DNA from: a virus
Taxonomy: Duplodnaviria > Caudoviricetes
Direction: 5' to 3' (one strand)
Length of the DNA: 58,991 nt
IMG/VR virus record: IMGVR_UViG_3300036862_000046
Span: 1 to 58,991 of that record
The position numbers and the translations under genes were made by a program. This document shows, one piece after another, positions 34,053 to 43,042 of the stretch. Numbering within the stretch: the stretch's first letter is position 1; each line of letters starts with the position of its first letter. The notes below the pieces were generated by a model. It was not told the DNA's origin. It saw nothing but the letters and a program-made list of their open reading frames with translations, and ran no database searches.

Positions 34053-35614
34053 TGCCTGTCGATAGCCCGTCCCGTCAGTACACCGCGAACCAGAGTGTCT
34101 GGCAGCGGTGCCGCGACTGCTTTCAGGGAAGCGACGCCGTCAAGGCACAGAAGAGTCTGTACCTCCCGCCGCTCGGGAGTCATATCCGGAAACCAGAGAA
34201 GTACCTGGAATACGTGACGCGTGCGATGTTCTTCAACGCGACGCGACGCACGATCCAGGGACTAGCCGGCGCGATCTTCCAGAAGGCGCCGGTCGCTACG
34301 GTTCCGGAGGGCTTCGACGAGTTCCTGAAGGACGTGACGCTGACTGGCGTTCCTGCGGACGTGTTCATGTTCAACGTCTCGCGCGAGGTGCTCACGACCG
34401 GACGTTACGCGGTGCTCGTGGATATCACGCCCGAGGGCCGCCCCTACTGGTGTGGCTACCGGGCGGAGGACGTGGTATCCTGGTACGAGGCGGTCAAGGC
34501 GGGCGACAGGTACCTCGCGCAGGTCGTAGTCCGGACGCGCACGGAGACGCCAGTGGACGGAGACCCGTTCAAGTTCGAGCTGGTCGAGGCGTACCGCGTC
34601 CTGTCTGTCGTCGATGGAAAGTACCAGGCGCAGACGTGGACGAAGGAAGGCAAGGCGTGGGTCGCGGGAGACGCTGTCTACGCCACACGTCGAGGCGAGG
34701 CGCTGACCCAGATCCCTATCGTGTTCTTCGGACCGACCGCCATCACGCCGGACGTCGAGCCGCCGCCGATGCTCGACCTCGTGGACGTGAACCTCTCCCA
34801 CTACCGCACGATGGCCGACCTCGAACACGGTCGGCACCTCGTCGCGCTTCCCACGCCCTGGATCGCCGGGACACTCGGTAAGGGTGGTACCCTGGAGATC
34901 GGCTCGGGCGTCGCGTGGCAGATCGAGAAGGGCGGTCAGGTCGGGATGTGCGAGTTCACCGGCGCCGGCCTCGCGTCCCTAGTCACCGCGGAGCAGGACA
35001 AGCGCAAGATGATGGCCGTCCTCGGTGCCACGCTCCTCGAAGAGCAGCCGCGGACGGTAGAGACCCTCGGCGGGATGAGCATGCGCCACGCCGGAGAGCA
35101 GGCGTCGCTCCGGTCCGTGACCCAGGTCCTGGAAGAGGGCGCGACTCAGCTCACGCAGTGGAGCGTCTACTGGGCGGGCAGCGACGCGCCGGAAGAGGAG
35201 GTCAAGTACGAGTTGAACAAAGACTTCTTCCAGACGAAGATGACGTCCGAGGAGTTCAAGGCTCAGGTCCTCGCGCTCCAGGCCGGGACTATCAGTTACG
35301 CGACGTTCTACGCGAACGTGGCTGCGGGCGGACATACGCGTCCAGGAGTTACGGCGGAGGAGGAGCAGGAGCAGATCGCGATGGAAGCTCCTATGCCTTC
35401 CGAGACCTCGCCTGAGGTGCTCGACGCGGGGCCAGGGATTCAGCCGGGCGACGTTGTAGCGGCCGACGAAGGCCCCTACAAGATCGTCAAGCGTGCCGGG
35501 AAGTTCCTCGTCATAAAGGCCGATGACGGCAAGGTCCTCGGTACGCACCCGACGCGGGAGGCCGCTAACAAGCAGCTCGCGGCGCTCCACGCCAACGTCA
35601 AGGAAGACTATTGA
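34052..35614 (+). CDS. Portal protein (DUF4055-like)
   Basis: G..AVK..YLP, Y..RA.FFN.T.RT, PP.LDL..VNL.HYR..AD, M..LGA.LL. Confidence 0.9.
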   Translation: MPVDSPSRQYTANQSVWQRCRDCFQGSDAVKAQKSLYLPPLGSHIRKPEKYLEYVTRAMFFNATRRTIQGLAGAIFQKAPVATVPEGFDEFLKDVTLTGVPADVFMFNVSREVLTTGRYAVLVDITPEGRPYWCGYRAEDVVSWYEAVKAGDRYLAQVVVRTRTETPVDGDPFKFELVEAYRVLSVVDGKYQAQTWTKEGKAWVAGDAVYATRRGEALTQIPIVFFGPTAITPDVEPPPMLDLVDVNLSHYRTMADLEHGRHLVALPTPWIAGTLGKGGTLEIGSGVAWQIEKGGQVGMCEFTGAGLASLVTAEQDKRKMMAVLGATLLEEQPRTVETLGGMSMRHAGEQASLRSVTQVLEEGATQLTQWSVYWAGSDAPEEEVKYELNKDFFQTKMTSEEFKAQVLALQAGTISYATFYANVAAGGHTRPGVTAEEEQEQIAMEAPMPSETSPEVLDAGPGIQPGDVVAADEGPYKIVKRAGKFLVIKADDGKVLGTHPTREAANKQLAALHANVKEDY

Positions 35615-35991
35615 GCGCTCTCCGGGCCCGCGCGAGGCAGGACTGGCGTGCGGCCCACGCAGCGGCCGATGCCTTCGAGCCTCGCCTCGCCCGGGCGATC
35701 CGCGTCGCGGTTGTTCGGATGCGGGAGCGGTGCTCGATCGCGGACCTCGCGGCGGCCTTGGCGGATAAGGACGTTCGCCGAGCGCTCGCGGTGATGACCC
35801 GCACAGCGCCGGAGGATGCGTTTCACCCCGCGGGCGACATCGTGCGCGACGCAGTCGTCAGGGGCGGCAAGATGGCATATGATCTTCTAGTACCGTCGGA
35901 ACGGTTCTCGTGGGATCCTAGTCACATGGAGATGCAGGGGCCAGGGAATGACCGGTTCTCATGGGATCCGAGTCACATGGAGGCCGCGTGA
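35611..35991 (+). CDS. Putative N-terminal part of head morphogenesis protein
   Basis: Helical, directly after portal; ends in duplicated RFSWDPSHME. Confidence 0.5.
   Translation: MSALRARARQDWRAAHAAADAFEPRLARAIRVAVVRMRERCSIADLAAALADKDVRRALAVMTRTAPEDAFHPAGDIVRDAVVRGGKMAYDLLVPSERFSWDPSHMEMQGPGNDRFSWDPSHMEAA
35902..35982 (+). repeat. 30-bp direct repeat (28/30 identical), period 51 bp
   Basis: CGGTTCTCRTGGGATCCKAGTCACATGGAG at 35902 and 35953. Confidence 0.85.
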
Positions 35992-36809
35992 CGGATCAGC
36001 CGAGAGAGCCCGCAGGGAGTCCTGAGGGCGGTCAGTGGACCTCTAGCACCGGTCACGGCAGCGCCCAGTTCAGAGGTCCGCTTGAGAAACACGGCACTGG
36101 GAAACGTGAGGAGAAGAGACTCGCTAGTATCTTGCGTCACATCCACGAACGTCCAGAAGAGGCTAAACTCGAGTTCAGCCCTCAGCAGGCCGCGTTTCAC
36201 GCTGCCTTATCCCAGGCCGAGCTCGACGCGGTCGTCACTCGATACGAGAACGTTAACGGGCAGCACACCGAAGTAAGTAAAGGTTATACCGGTTCCATAG
36301 GTACGTCCGTAATGATGAACCAGCTCCTCCACGGTGAACTTACTCCGGAAGTTATTGCTAGGCATCCCGACCCGCGACGCAGGGCCGAGATAACAGCTCA
36401 GGTGCCCCAGCTCCACGAGGCCGCGCGTCATATGATCTCCGCTATTGATAAGGCAGACCGCGCCGGTGTTCTCGCGCACCAGCCTGCTCTTTATCGGGGG
36501 GTTCGCGCCACGGCTACCGAGCTGTCTCATCTAGTCCCCGGCGCGGAGTTTACGGACAAGGCCTTCGTCAGTACCTCCCTTCACATGACTCACGCTCATA
36601 CCTTCACCTCTAAGGAAGACAAGGCTCTGTTCAAGATCACGACGAACCACGGCGGGATGTTCATCAGCACTAGGATGAGCAATCTAGGCGAGGCGGAGGT
36701 TCTTCTACGTCCTAATCTCAAGTTCCGGGTGACACACCGCGAGAAGAATCCCGTCGTCAACGGGAAGAAGTACAGGGGAACCGTTATCCATCTCACGGTA
36801 GTCAAGTGA
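35988..36809 (+). CDS. ADP-ribosyltransferase (R-S-E clade, VIP2/Alt-like)
   Basis: YT..MN..L, LYRGV, FVSTS, EAEVLL.P..KFRV; SD GGAGG. Confidence 0.85.
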   Translation: MTDQPREPAGSPEGGQWTSSTGHGSAQFRGPLEKHGTGKREEKRLASILRHIHERPEEAKLEFSPQQAAFHAALSQAELDAVVTRYENVNGQHTEVSKGYTGSIGTSVMMNQLLHGELTPEVIARHPDPRRRAEITAQVPQLHEAARHMISAIDKADRAGVLAHQPALYRGVRATATELSHLVPGAEFTDKAFVSTSLHMTHAHTFTSKEDKALFKITTNHGGMFISTRMSNLGEAEVLLRPNLKFRVTHREKNPVVNGKKYRGTVIHLTVVK

Positions 36810-36949
36810 AGCTCTGCAACTGGCCGGCCTGCGTCGATACGTCCTGCCCTCACTGCCCTGCGTGCGGACGCCTGACTTATTCCTGGTTCATAGACGAGTC
36901 CGGCCGGCGCTGCTCTACCTGCGCCCTGAAGTCAATTCGTGAAGCCTAA
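36806..36949 (+). CDS. Small Cys-rich protein (47 aa)
   Basis: GTGA overlap; CNWPAC..CPHCPAC..CSTC. Confidence 0.45.
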   Translation: MKLCNWPACVDTSCPHCPACGRLTYSWFIDESGRRCSTCALKSIREA

Positions 36950-37523
36950 GCTCCCGCTCGGGTTTCGGTTCGACGGACGGAACCCCGCCGCTCAGAAACG
37001 CGCGCAGCGGGCCGCGGCCGACATGATCACAGGTATCTCTAACGAGACCCGCAAGGGAATCAAGTCCGTGATAGTACGGTCTATCCGCGAGGGCGTAGCG
37101 CCGTACGACGCGGCGCGAGAGATCCGGAGCCTGATCGGACTGACGGAGCAAGCCGCGCAGGGCGCCATGAACTACCGCGACCAACTGTCGGAGTCGGGAC
37201 TGAGCGCGAAGGGCGTGGACCGAGCCATGGAGAAGTACGTGGACGGGGCCGTGGCGGCTAGAGCGGACACGATCGCGCGCACCGAGATCATGGGCGCTCT
37301 CAACGAGGGTGCTCTGGAGGCTTTCGACCAGGCTCAGGAGGAAGGGCTGCTCACGGGGTCCGCTACCAAGACCTGGATCGCGACGCCGGATGAGCTGACG
37401 TGTCCTATATGCGAGCCGCTGGATGGGGAGACCGTGCCCCTCGACGAGGAGTTCTCATCCGGGGACGACTCGCCTCCCGCCCACCCCAACTGTAGGTGCA
37501 GCATCGCGGCCAACGCTGAATAG
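36939..37523 (+). CDS. Phage minor head protein (MuF / SPP1 gp7 family)
   Basis: RADTIARTE, KTW...D..TCPIC..LDG, PPAHPNCRC. Confidence 0.9.
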   Translation: MKPKLPLGFRFDGRNPAAQKRAQRAAADMITGISNETRKGIKSVIVRSIREGVAPYDAAREIRSLIGLTEQAAQGAMNYRDQLSESGLSAKGVDRAMEKYVDGAVAARADTIARTEIMGALNEGALEAFDQAQEEGLLTGSATKTWIATPDELTCPICEPLDGETVPLDEEFSSGDDSPPAHPNCRCSIAANAE

Positions 37524-37598
37524 CCTAAGATAGTAGGAGAGACCTTGGCGTGACGCTACAGGTCTAAACCGCTCGGCGTGACGCTGGGCAGAGGCAAC

Positions 37599-38408
37599 AT
37601 GGCCCTGAAGAAGACGGTCGCGGACATCGAGTCGGTTCCCGAGGCGTTTCGCTCGGAGTACGAGCAGGTCGGTGACGTGTACAAGCTGAAGCTGGACGAC
37701 GCGGACGACTCGTCCGGTCTCAAGAGCGCGCTCGACAAGGAGCGCAAGGCCCGCGCCGACGCGGAGCGCAAGCACAAGGATCTGGTGAAGCAGTTCGAGG
37801 GCATCGACCCCGAGAAGGCTCGGACCGCCGCGGCTCAGCTCCAGGAGCTGAACGACAAGAAGCTGCTGGCAGACGGCGATATCGAGGCGCTGCTCCGGAG
37901 TCGTACCGAGCGTATGGCCGCGGACCACGCCGCGCAGGTCCAGGCCGCGCAGGCCCGGATCCAGGATCTGGAGACCCGGCACAACGCGTCGGAGACCCGC
38001 CTCGGCGAGGTCCTCATCGACGGGACGATCAAGGACGTGGCCGGCAAGGCCGGCGTTCGCAAGACCCTGTCCCAGGCCCTGGTGCGCATCGCACGCGCGG
38101 GCGACGTGGACGGGATTCGCTGGGACATCCGGGACGGTCAGCCCACGCCCCTCGTGGGCGAGAGCGTCAAGTACGGGAAAGATCCGACCAAGCCGATGTC
38201 CGTCGAGGAGTACGTCGACGTGGTTAGGCAGAAGATGCCGGATCTGTTCGAGCCGTCCACAGGGACGGGAACCGTGCCGGGCGCCAGCGGCGCTCAGAGC
38301 CGCAGTTCCTTCGTCCTCACCCGCGAGCAGGCGCGAGACCAGAAGGTCTACGTGGCCACCCGCGAGGCCGCAGCGAAGGCCGGGCAGTCCGTTCAGATCA
38401 CGGACTAA
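37599..38408 (+). CDS. Capsid scaffolding protein
   Basis: VPEAFRSEY..YKL, GLKSALDKER, coiled coil, PDLF..S.G.G. Confidence 0.8.
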   Translation: MALKKTVADIESVPEAFRSEYEQVGDVYKLKLDDADDSSGLKSALDKERKARADAERKHKDLVKQFEGIDPEKARTAAAQLQELNDKKLLADGDIEALLRSRTERMAADHAAQVQAAQARIQDLETRHNASETRLGEVLIDGTIKDVAGKAGVRKTLSQALVRIARAGDVDGIRWDIRDGQPTPLVGESVKYGKDPTKPMSVEEYVDVVRQKMPDLFEPSTGTGTVPGASGAQSRSSFVLTREQARDQKVYVATREAAAKAGQSVQITD

Positions 38409-38555
38409 CGTTTCCGCCGTACCTCGACGTACGGTCTCCGCGTGACGCGGGGACATACAGGCCGCGATGGCTCGCCCGAGGAAGACAAGTAACTCAGGTC
38501 TTTACTCGGGCGCCTCCTATTTAAGGGGCCGCCCTTAACTAGGAGTCAGCTAACC

Positions 38556-39719
38556 GTGTCCAACACCCTCTCCGCGTACAACCCCATCTTCTACGCGACC
38601 GAAGCTCTGATCGCGCTGGAGAAGGCGCTCGGCATGGCGGGTCGTGTCTACCGCCGCCTCGACGCCGACAAGGGTCGCCAGCCCGGCGACACCATCACCA
38701 TCCGTCGGCCCGCGGTCTTCACCGCCGTCGACGCCCCGACGTCCGCCGCGAACCTCGTGGCCGACTCGGTCAACGTGACCCTCAACAAGTGGAAGGAAGT
38801 CAAGTTCGGACTGACGGACGCCGAGCTGACCTACGCCGGGGACCGCATCGTCTCCGAGCACATCCGACCCGCGGCCTACGCCTTGGCCGATGCGATCGAC
38901 CAGAGCCTCTGCGCTCTCTACAAGGACGTGCCCTGGTACAGCACCTGGACCTCGACGGCGACGGTGGCCGACGTCCTGACGGCCCGTCAGCGTCTGTTCG
39001 ATAACCACGTCCCGATGAACGACCTCCACTTCATGATCGACGGCAAGCGCGAGGCTGAACTGCTCGCTCTCTCCGCTTTCTCGCAGTGGCAGGGTGACGG
39101 CGCCGCGGGCGTCAGCACTCAGATGACCGGCTCACTCGGCGTGAAGTACGGCCTGGAGATCTTCGCGAACCAGAACGTGGCTCGTGCGGACTCCGCGACG
39201 ATCGCGGACCTTGCCGGCGCCATCAACCAGGGCACGACCCCGACCGGCTACGCGGCCGGCAGCACCTCCATCGCGATTGACGGCGTCACGTCCGGCGCTG
39301 CATTCGAAGCTGGGGACATCGTCGTCATCACCGGTCACACTCAGCAGTACGTGTTGACGGCAGACGTGACCTTCACGACCGGCGCCGGCACCTTGACGAT
39401 CTTCCCCGGCCTGGAAGCGTTCACGGAAGACAACACCGTGGTGACCGTCGTCCTGTCCGGCGGATCGGGCGCGACGAAGTCGCAGTCCTTGGCCTTCAAC
39501 CGGAACGCCTTCGCGCTCGCGATGGCTCCTCTCTCCGAGATGGGTAACGGCCGCGGCGCCGAGATCTTCACTGCTACGGACCCCGTCACGGGTCTCGCGG
39601 TCCGCGCTCGTCTGTTCTACGACGGTACGAACTCGAAGCTGTTCGTCAGCCTCGACGCTCTCTGGGGTGTCAAGACCCTGAACCCGAACCTGGCTACCCG
39701 CGTGTTCGGCACTCCGTAA
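38556..39719 (+). CDS. Major capsid protein (P22 coat-like)
   Basis: GDTITIRRP, IRPAAYALADAID, QN, LAFNRNAFALA, SLDALWGVKTLNPNLA. Confidence 0.9.
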   Translation: MSNTLSAYNPIFYATEALIALEKALGMAGRVYRRLDADKGRQPGDTITIRRPAVFTAVDAPTSAANLVADSVNVTLNKWKEVKFGLTDAELTYAGDRIVSEHIRPAAYALADAIDQSLCALYKDVPWYSTWTSTATVADVLTARQRLFDNHVPMNDLHFMIDGKREAELLALSAFSQWQGDGAAGVSTQMTGSLGVKYGLEIFANQNVARADSATIADLAGAINQGTTPTGYAAGSTSIAIDGVTSGAAFEAGDIVVITGHTQQYVLTADVTFTTGAGTLTIFPGLEAFTEDNTVVTVVLSGGSGATKSQSLAFNRNAFALAMAPLSEMGNGRGAEIFTATDPVTGLAVRARLFYDGTNSKLFVSLDALWGVKTLNPNLATRVFGTP

Positions 39720-39725
39720 CCCTCC

Positions 39726-39755
39726 GACGGGGGCTGTCCTTACGAGGCCCCCGTC
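39726..39755 (+). terminator. Stem-loop after major capsid gene
   Basis: GACGGGGGC/GCCCCCGTC; weak U tract. Confidence 0.4.
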
Positions 39756-39769
39756 ACCCCTCCTTAACT

Positions 39770-40576
39770 ATGGCCATCAACCCAGCGATGTACGTCCAGC
39801 ACGGCAACCGAAAGCCGTACTACATCAAGATTCACTGCTCGCAGGGCGGGTTTCTTCTTCTGGACCGCAAGGACTTCCGCGCCGGTGTTCATACGCTGTA
39901 CGACGAGACGAAGGAACCTACGTACCCTCAGGTGCCGCGCCTGTGGCCCGGCGAGACGTTCGTGATACTCGGGGACGGCCCGAGCCTGACCGCGGAGGAC
40001 GTGGAACTCGTCCGAGGCCAGGCCCGCGTCATCGCCGTGAACTACTCGATACGCAAGGCGCCGTGGGCGGACGCTTACTGCTCCTGGCATACGTTCGAGT
40101 CCAACGTGACTGTGGGTTTCGACCTCGGGACCTGGCAGGGCCGGGTCTTCACGGTTCAGCGCAAGTCGAAGGGGACTCCGGAGAACCAGTTCGGCGTGCC
40201 GCAGAAGGACACTAAGCTGCCGGACAACTGGATGCTGCTCCGGGCGCTGGGTCGTGACGGCCTGTCCCTCGACCGGACGGGTATCCATCACGGGTTCAGC
40301 TCGGGTCACACCGCGATCAACCTCGCGGTACACCTCGGGGCCAAGCGCATCGTACTCCTCGGATTCGACTGCTGCGACGCGCCGGACGGGACGTTCAACT
40401 GGGCGAAGCGCAAGGACGACCCTTCGAAGCCGACGTACCGATATGACCTCTGGAAACAGAGCTTCCAGACTCTCGTCGAACCGCTCGAGCGCCTCGGCGT
40501 CGAGATCGTGAACGCGACTCGCTGGACCGCGCTGGAGTGTTTCCCGCGCGCCGTCCTGGAACAGGTGACCTGGTAA
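39770..40576 (+). CDS. Maf/CstII-like (DUF115/MptE-like) glycosyltransferase homologue with extra N-terminal domain
   Basis: ILGDGPSL, IAVN, SSG.TAINLAVHLGAKRIVLLGFD, IVNAT..TALECFP. Confidence 0.7.
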   Translation: MAINPAMYVQHGNRKPYYIKIHCSQGGFLLLDRKDFRAGVHTLYDETKEPTYPQVPRLWPGETFVILGDGPSLTAEDVELVRGQARVIAVNYSIRKAPWADAYCSWHTFESNVTVGFDLGTWQGRVFTVQRKSKGTPENQFGVPQKDTKLPDNWMLLRALGRDGLSLDRTGIHHGFSSGHTAINLAVHLGAKRIVLLGFDCCDAPDGTFNWAKRKDDPSKPTYRYDLWKQSFQTLVEPLERLGVEIVNATRWTALECFPRAVLEQVTW

Positions 40577-41128
40577 ATGCCGACCCTGATCGAGACTCCC
40601 GGCGGCGCGACGTCGAACACGTACTCCACGCTCGCGGAGGCGGACGCGTACTTCGAGTCCCGACTCCATACGGATACGTGGGACGCTGCAGTCGACGCAG
40701 ACAAGGAGCGCGGGCTATTGATGGCGGCGCGGCTCCTCGACGCCAACTGGATCTGGAACGGCCGGCGCACGAACGATACGCAACGGATGGAGTGGCCGCG
40801 GACCGGAGTCCTCAAGGAAGCCGGCACGGGTAGCTGGGACTGGAACTTCGGATTCTTCCGTTTCCTCGACGAGAACGAGATCCCGCGTCAGCTCAAAGAG
40901 GCGCAGGCGGAGTTCGCGGCGCTCCTCCTGGCGTCAGACACGACTGCAAACATAGACCAGTCGGTCCAAGGCATCACCTCGCTGCGTGCCGGGTCGGTCA
41001 GCCTGAGCTTCAAGGAGTCTATCCAGACGAGCAACCCCGTGCCGGACAGCGTCTTCTACCTCATCCCTTACTTCTGGGGCGAGCTGCGCTACAACGGTAC
41101 GGGCGTACGTACCCTGGAGCGCGCGTGA
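40577..41128 (+). CDS. Head-tail adaptor (DnaT-like)
   Basis: SNTY.TLAEADAYF, W.G..Q.MEWPR, IP.QLK.AQ.E.A. Confidence 0.8.
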   Translation: MPTLIETPGGATSNTYSTLAEADAYFESRLHTDTWDAAVDADKERGLLMAARLLDANWIWNGRRTNDTQRMEWPRTGVLKEAGTGSWDWNFGFFRFLDENEIPRQLKEAQAEFAALLLASDTTANIDQSVQGITSLRAGSVSLSFKESIQTSNPVPDSVFYLIPYFWGELRYNGTGVRTLERA

Positions 41129-41745
41129 CGGTCAAGGAGATGGCTCCGCGCCTGTGGCCAGGGGCGACCTTCGTCATCGCGGCGACAGGCCCGAGCTTCC
41201 GGGTCGAGGACGCGGACCGCGCGTGCCGCAGCGAGGTTCGTCCGAGGTTCATCGCGATCAACGAGGCCGCGCTCGCGCTGCCGGCCGCGGACGTCGCGTA
41301 TGCCTACCACGTGGAGTTCTGGGACAAACACGACGGGCTTCCGGACTTCGCAGGCATCAAGTTCTCCGCTGACCCGAAGGTGGCCAAGCGGTACCCGGAC
41401 GTCCGGGTGCTGGAGTTCACGGGGGAGAGCGGATTCGAGCCGGAGCCGAGCGGCCTGCGTCACGGCCGCAACTCCGGACACGCAGCGATCAACCTCGCGG
41501 TTCACCTCGGAGCCAAGCGCATCGTCCTCCTCGGCTACGACATGAAGAAGGACGGCGAGCGGATCCATTACTACCCCGACGCGCCGAAGGCCAAGCGCGA
41601 CCAGCACATCTTCGACCAGTGGCTCAGGCACCTCGCGTCTCTCGAGCAGCCCCTCGCCCAGCGGGGCATCCAGGTGATCAACTGCTCGCGGGAGACCGCG
41701 CTCACGACTTTCCCTCGTCAGACTATCGAGGAGGTGTTCCCTTGA
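41125..41745 (+). CDS. Second Maf/CstII-like glycosyltransferase homologue
   Basis: ATGPS, IAIN, NSG.AAINLAVHLGAKRIVLLGYD, VINCS..TAL..FP. Confidence 0.7.
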   Translation: MTVKEMAPRLWPGATFVIAATGPSFRVEDADRACRSEVRPRFIAINEAALALPAADVAYAYHVEFWDKHDGLPDFAGIKFSADPKVAKRYPDVRVLEFTGESGFEPEPSGLRHGRNSGHAAINLAVHLGAKRIVLLGYDMKKDGERIHYYPDAPKAKRDQHIFDQWLRHLASLEQPLAQRGIQVINCSRETALTTFPRQTIEEVFP

Positions 41746-42095
41746 GCCTCGCGGACGTGATCCGGAAGGGAGTAGCGGTCATCGACGCCGTTACCACACC
41801 GCTTCAGCTCACGGTCGCGCACCGCGTGCGGACCGGAGACGGGTCTCAGGGCCCTTCGTACAGTACCGCCGTGAACCGCAAGGCCATCGTCGACTACGCA
41901 CCGAAGCTCGTCCGGATGAAGGACGGGCAGGAGATCGCGCCTAAGGCATCGGTCATCTTCCCGCGCAGCGTGGTTATCGCGCCGGGCGACGAGATCACGC
42001 TCCCGAACGGGACGATCGGTGAGGTGCTCGACGTTCCCGGCGTAGCGGACCCCGCGACTACGCGTCCGTACGCGTCGGAGGTGTTCGTTGGCTGA
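41742..42095 (+). CDS. Head closure / head-tail joining protein
   Basis: G.P.Y, DEITLPNG; position. Confidence 0.6.
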   Translation: MSLADVIRKGVAVIDAVTTPLQLTVAHRVRTGDGSQGPSYSTAVNRKAIVDYAPKLVRMKDGQEIAPKASVIFPRSVVIAPGDEITLPNGTIGEVLDVPGVADPATTRPYASEVFVG

Positions 42096-42462
42096 TTTTT
42101 CCTTCACCGACACGGGCATCGCCGCGAAGCTCCTGGCCGCGAGTATCAATACGCCCAAGGAGTGCGCCCGCGCCGTCTACGCCGAGGCGTTGGTCGAGGC
42201 CAAGGAGTCTATGCGAAGGACACCGGTGCTCACGGGCGCCGCCCGAGCATCCCACGAGGTCGTGCTGAACGCCGAGGAGCAGTCGGCGTCTATCGTGGTA
42301 GGCGGACCCGGGCTGGAGTACGTGATCCCACTCCACGAGAACCTGGAGGCGGATCACCCTAACGGACAGGCGAAGTTCCTGGAGTCGACGATCAACGAGT
42401 CGAAGCCGTTCATGGCCGCACGTCTCGCGGCTCGCCTCGACCTCACGAAGGTAGTCAGCTGA
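42088..42462 (+). CDS. HK97 gp10-like neck protein
   Basis: TPVLTG..RAS, Y...LHE, GQAKFLE. Confidence 0.75.
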   Translation: MADFSFTDTGIAAKLLAASINTPKECARAVYAEALVEAKESMRRTPVLTGAARASHEVVLNAEEQSASIVVGGPGLEYVIPLHENLEADHPNGQAKFLESTINESKPFMAARLAARLDLTKVVS

Positions 42463-42860
42463 TGCTGCTCACGGAACTCCAGACGCGGATCGCTACGGCG
42501 CTGAGCTTCACGCCCGAGGTCCAGGTGTTCCGGCGCTTCATGCCCGAGAGCCCTGACGTCTGCGTGACGATCTACGCGAGCGGCGGTTCCGCAGGTACCA
42601 GAGCTTTCGGGGACGACGTACTCCAGTACGAGAACCCTTCGGTCCAGGTCGTGGCGCGCGGCGCGAAGTACGACGGCGACGGGCCTGAGGCGATGGTACA
42701 GGCGATCATCGAGGACTTCATCTCCGTGGGTGACGAGGACCTGTCGAGTACTCGGTATCTCCTGGTCGATCACATCAACGGACCGTTCACCCTGCGTCGG
42801 GACGACCTGAACAGGGTCTACATCGCCGCGAACTTCCGCGTCATGAAGGAGCCGTCGTGA
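42462..42860 (+). CDS. Tail terminator / minor capsid protein
   Basis: MPESPD, P.VQV..RG, DDLNR..NF. Confidence 0.75.
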   Translation: MLLTELQTRIATALSFTPEVQVFRRFMPESPDVCVTIYASGGSAGTRAFGDDVLQYENPSVQVVARGAKYDGDGPEAMVQAIIEDFISVGDEDLSSTRYLLVDHINGPFTLRRDDLNRVYIAANFRVMKEPS

Positions 42861-43042
42861 GCGCGCTGCTCGGAGCGGACGGACGTCCTCTGCGCCGGAT
42901 CGAGACGGCGAAGAACTCGACGCGCTGCGAGGGTTGTGGCGGAACGAACATCACCAACGAGGCCGGCTTCGGCGGGCACGTTACCAGGGTTTGTCTCACG
43001 TGCGGCGCGGACCAAGTTCGCTGCTGCGAGGTATCAGAGTAA
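42857..43042 (+). CDS. Small zinc-ribbon protein
   Basis: CEGCG..GFGG..CLTCG. Confidence 0.5.
   Translation: MSALLGADGRPLRRIETAKNSTRCEGCGGTNITNEAGFGGHVTRVCLTCGADQVRCCEVSE

Noticed and set aside
35902-35982. Mini CRISPR array or att site
   Set aside because: Only two in-frame copies with a 21-nt gap; no integrase found
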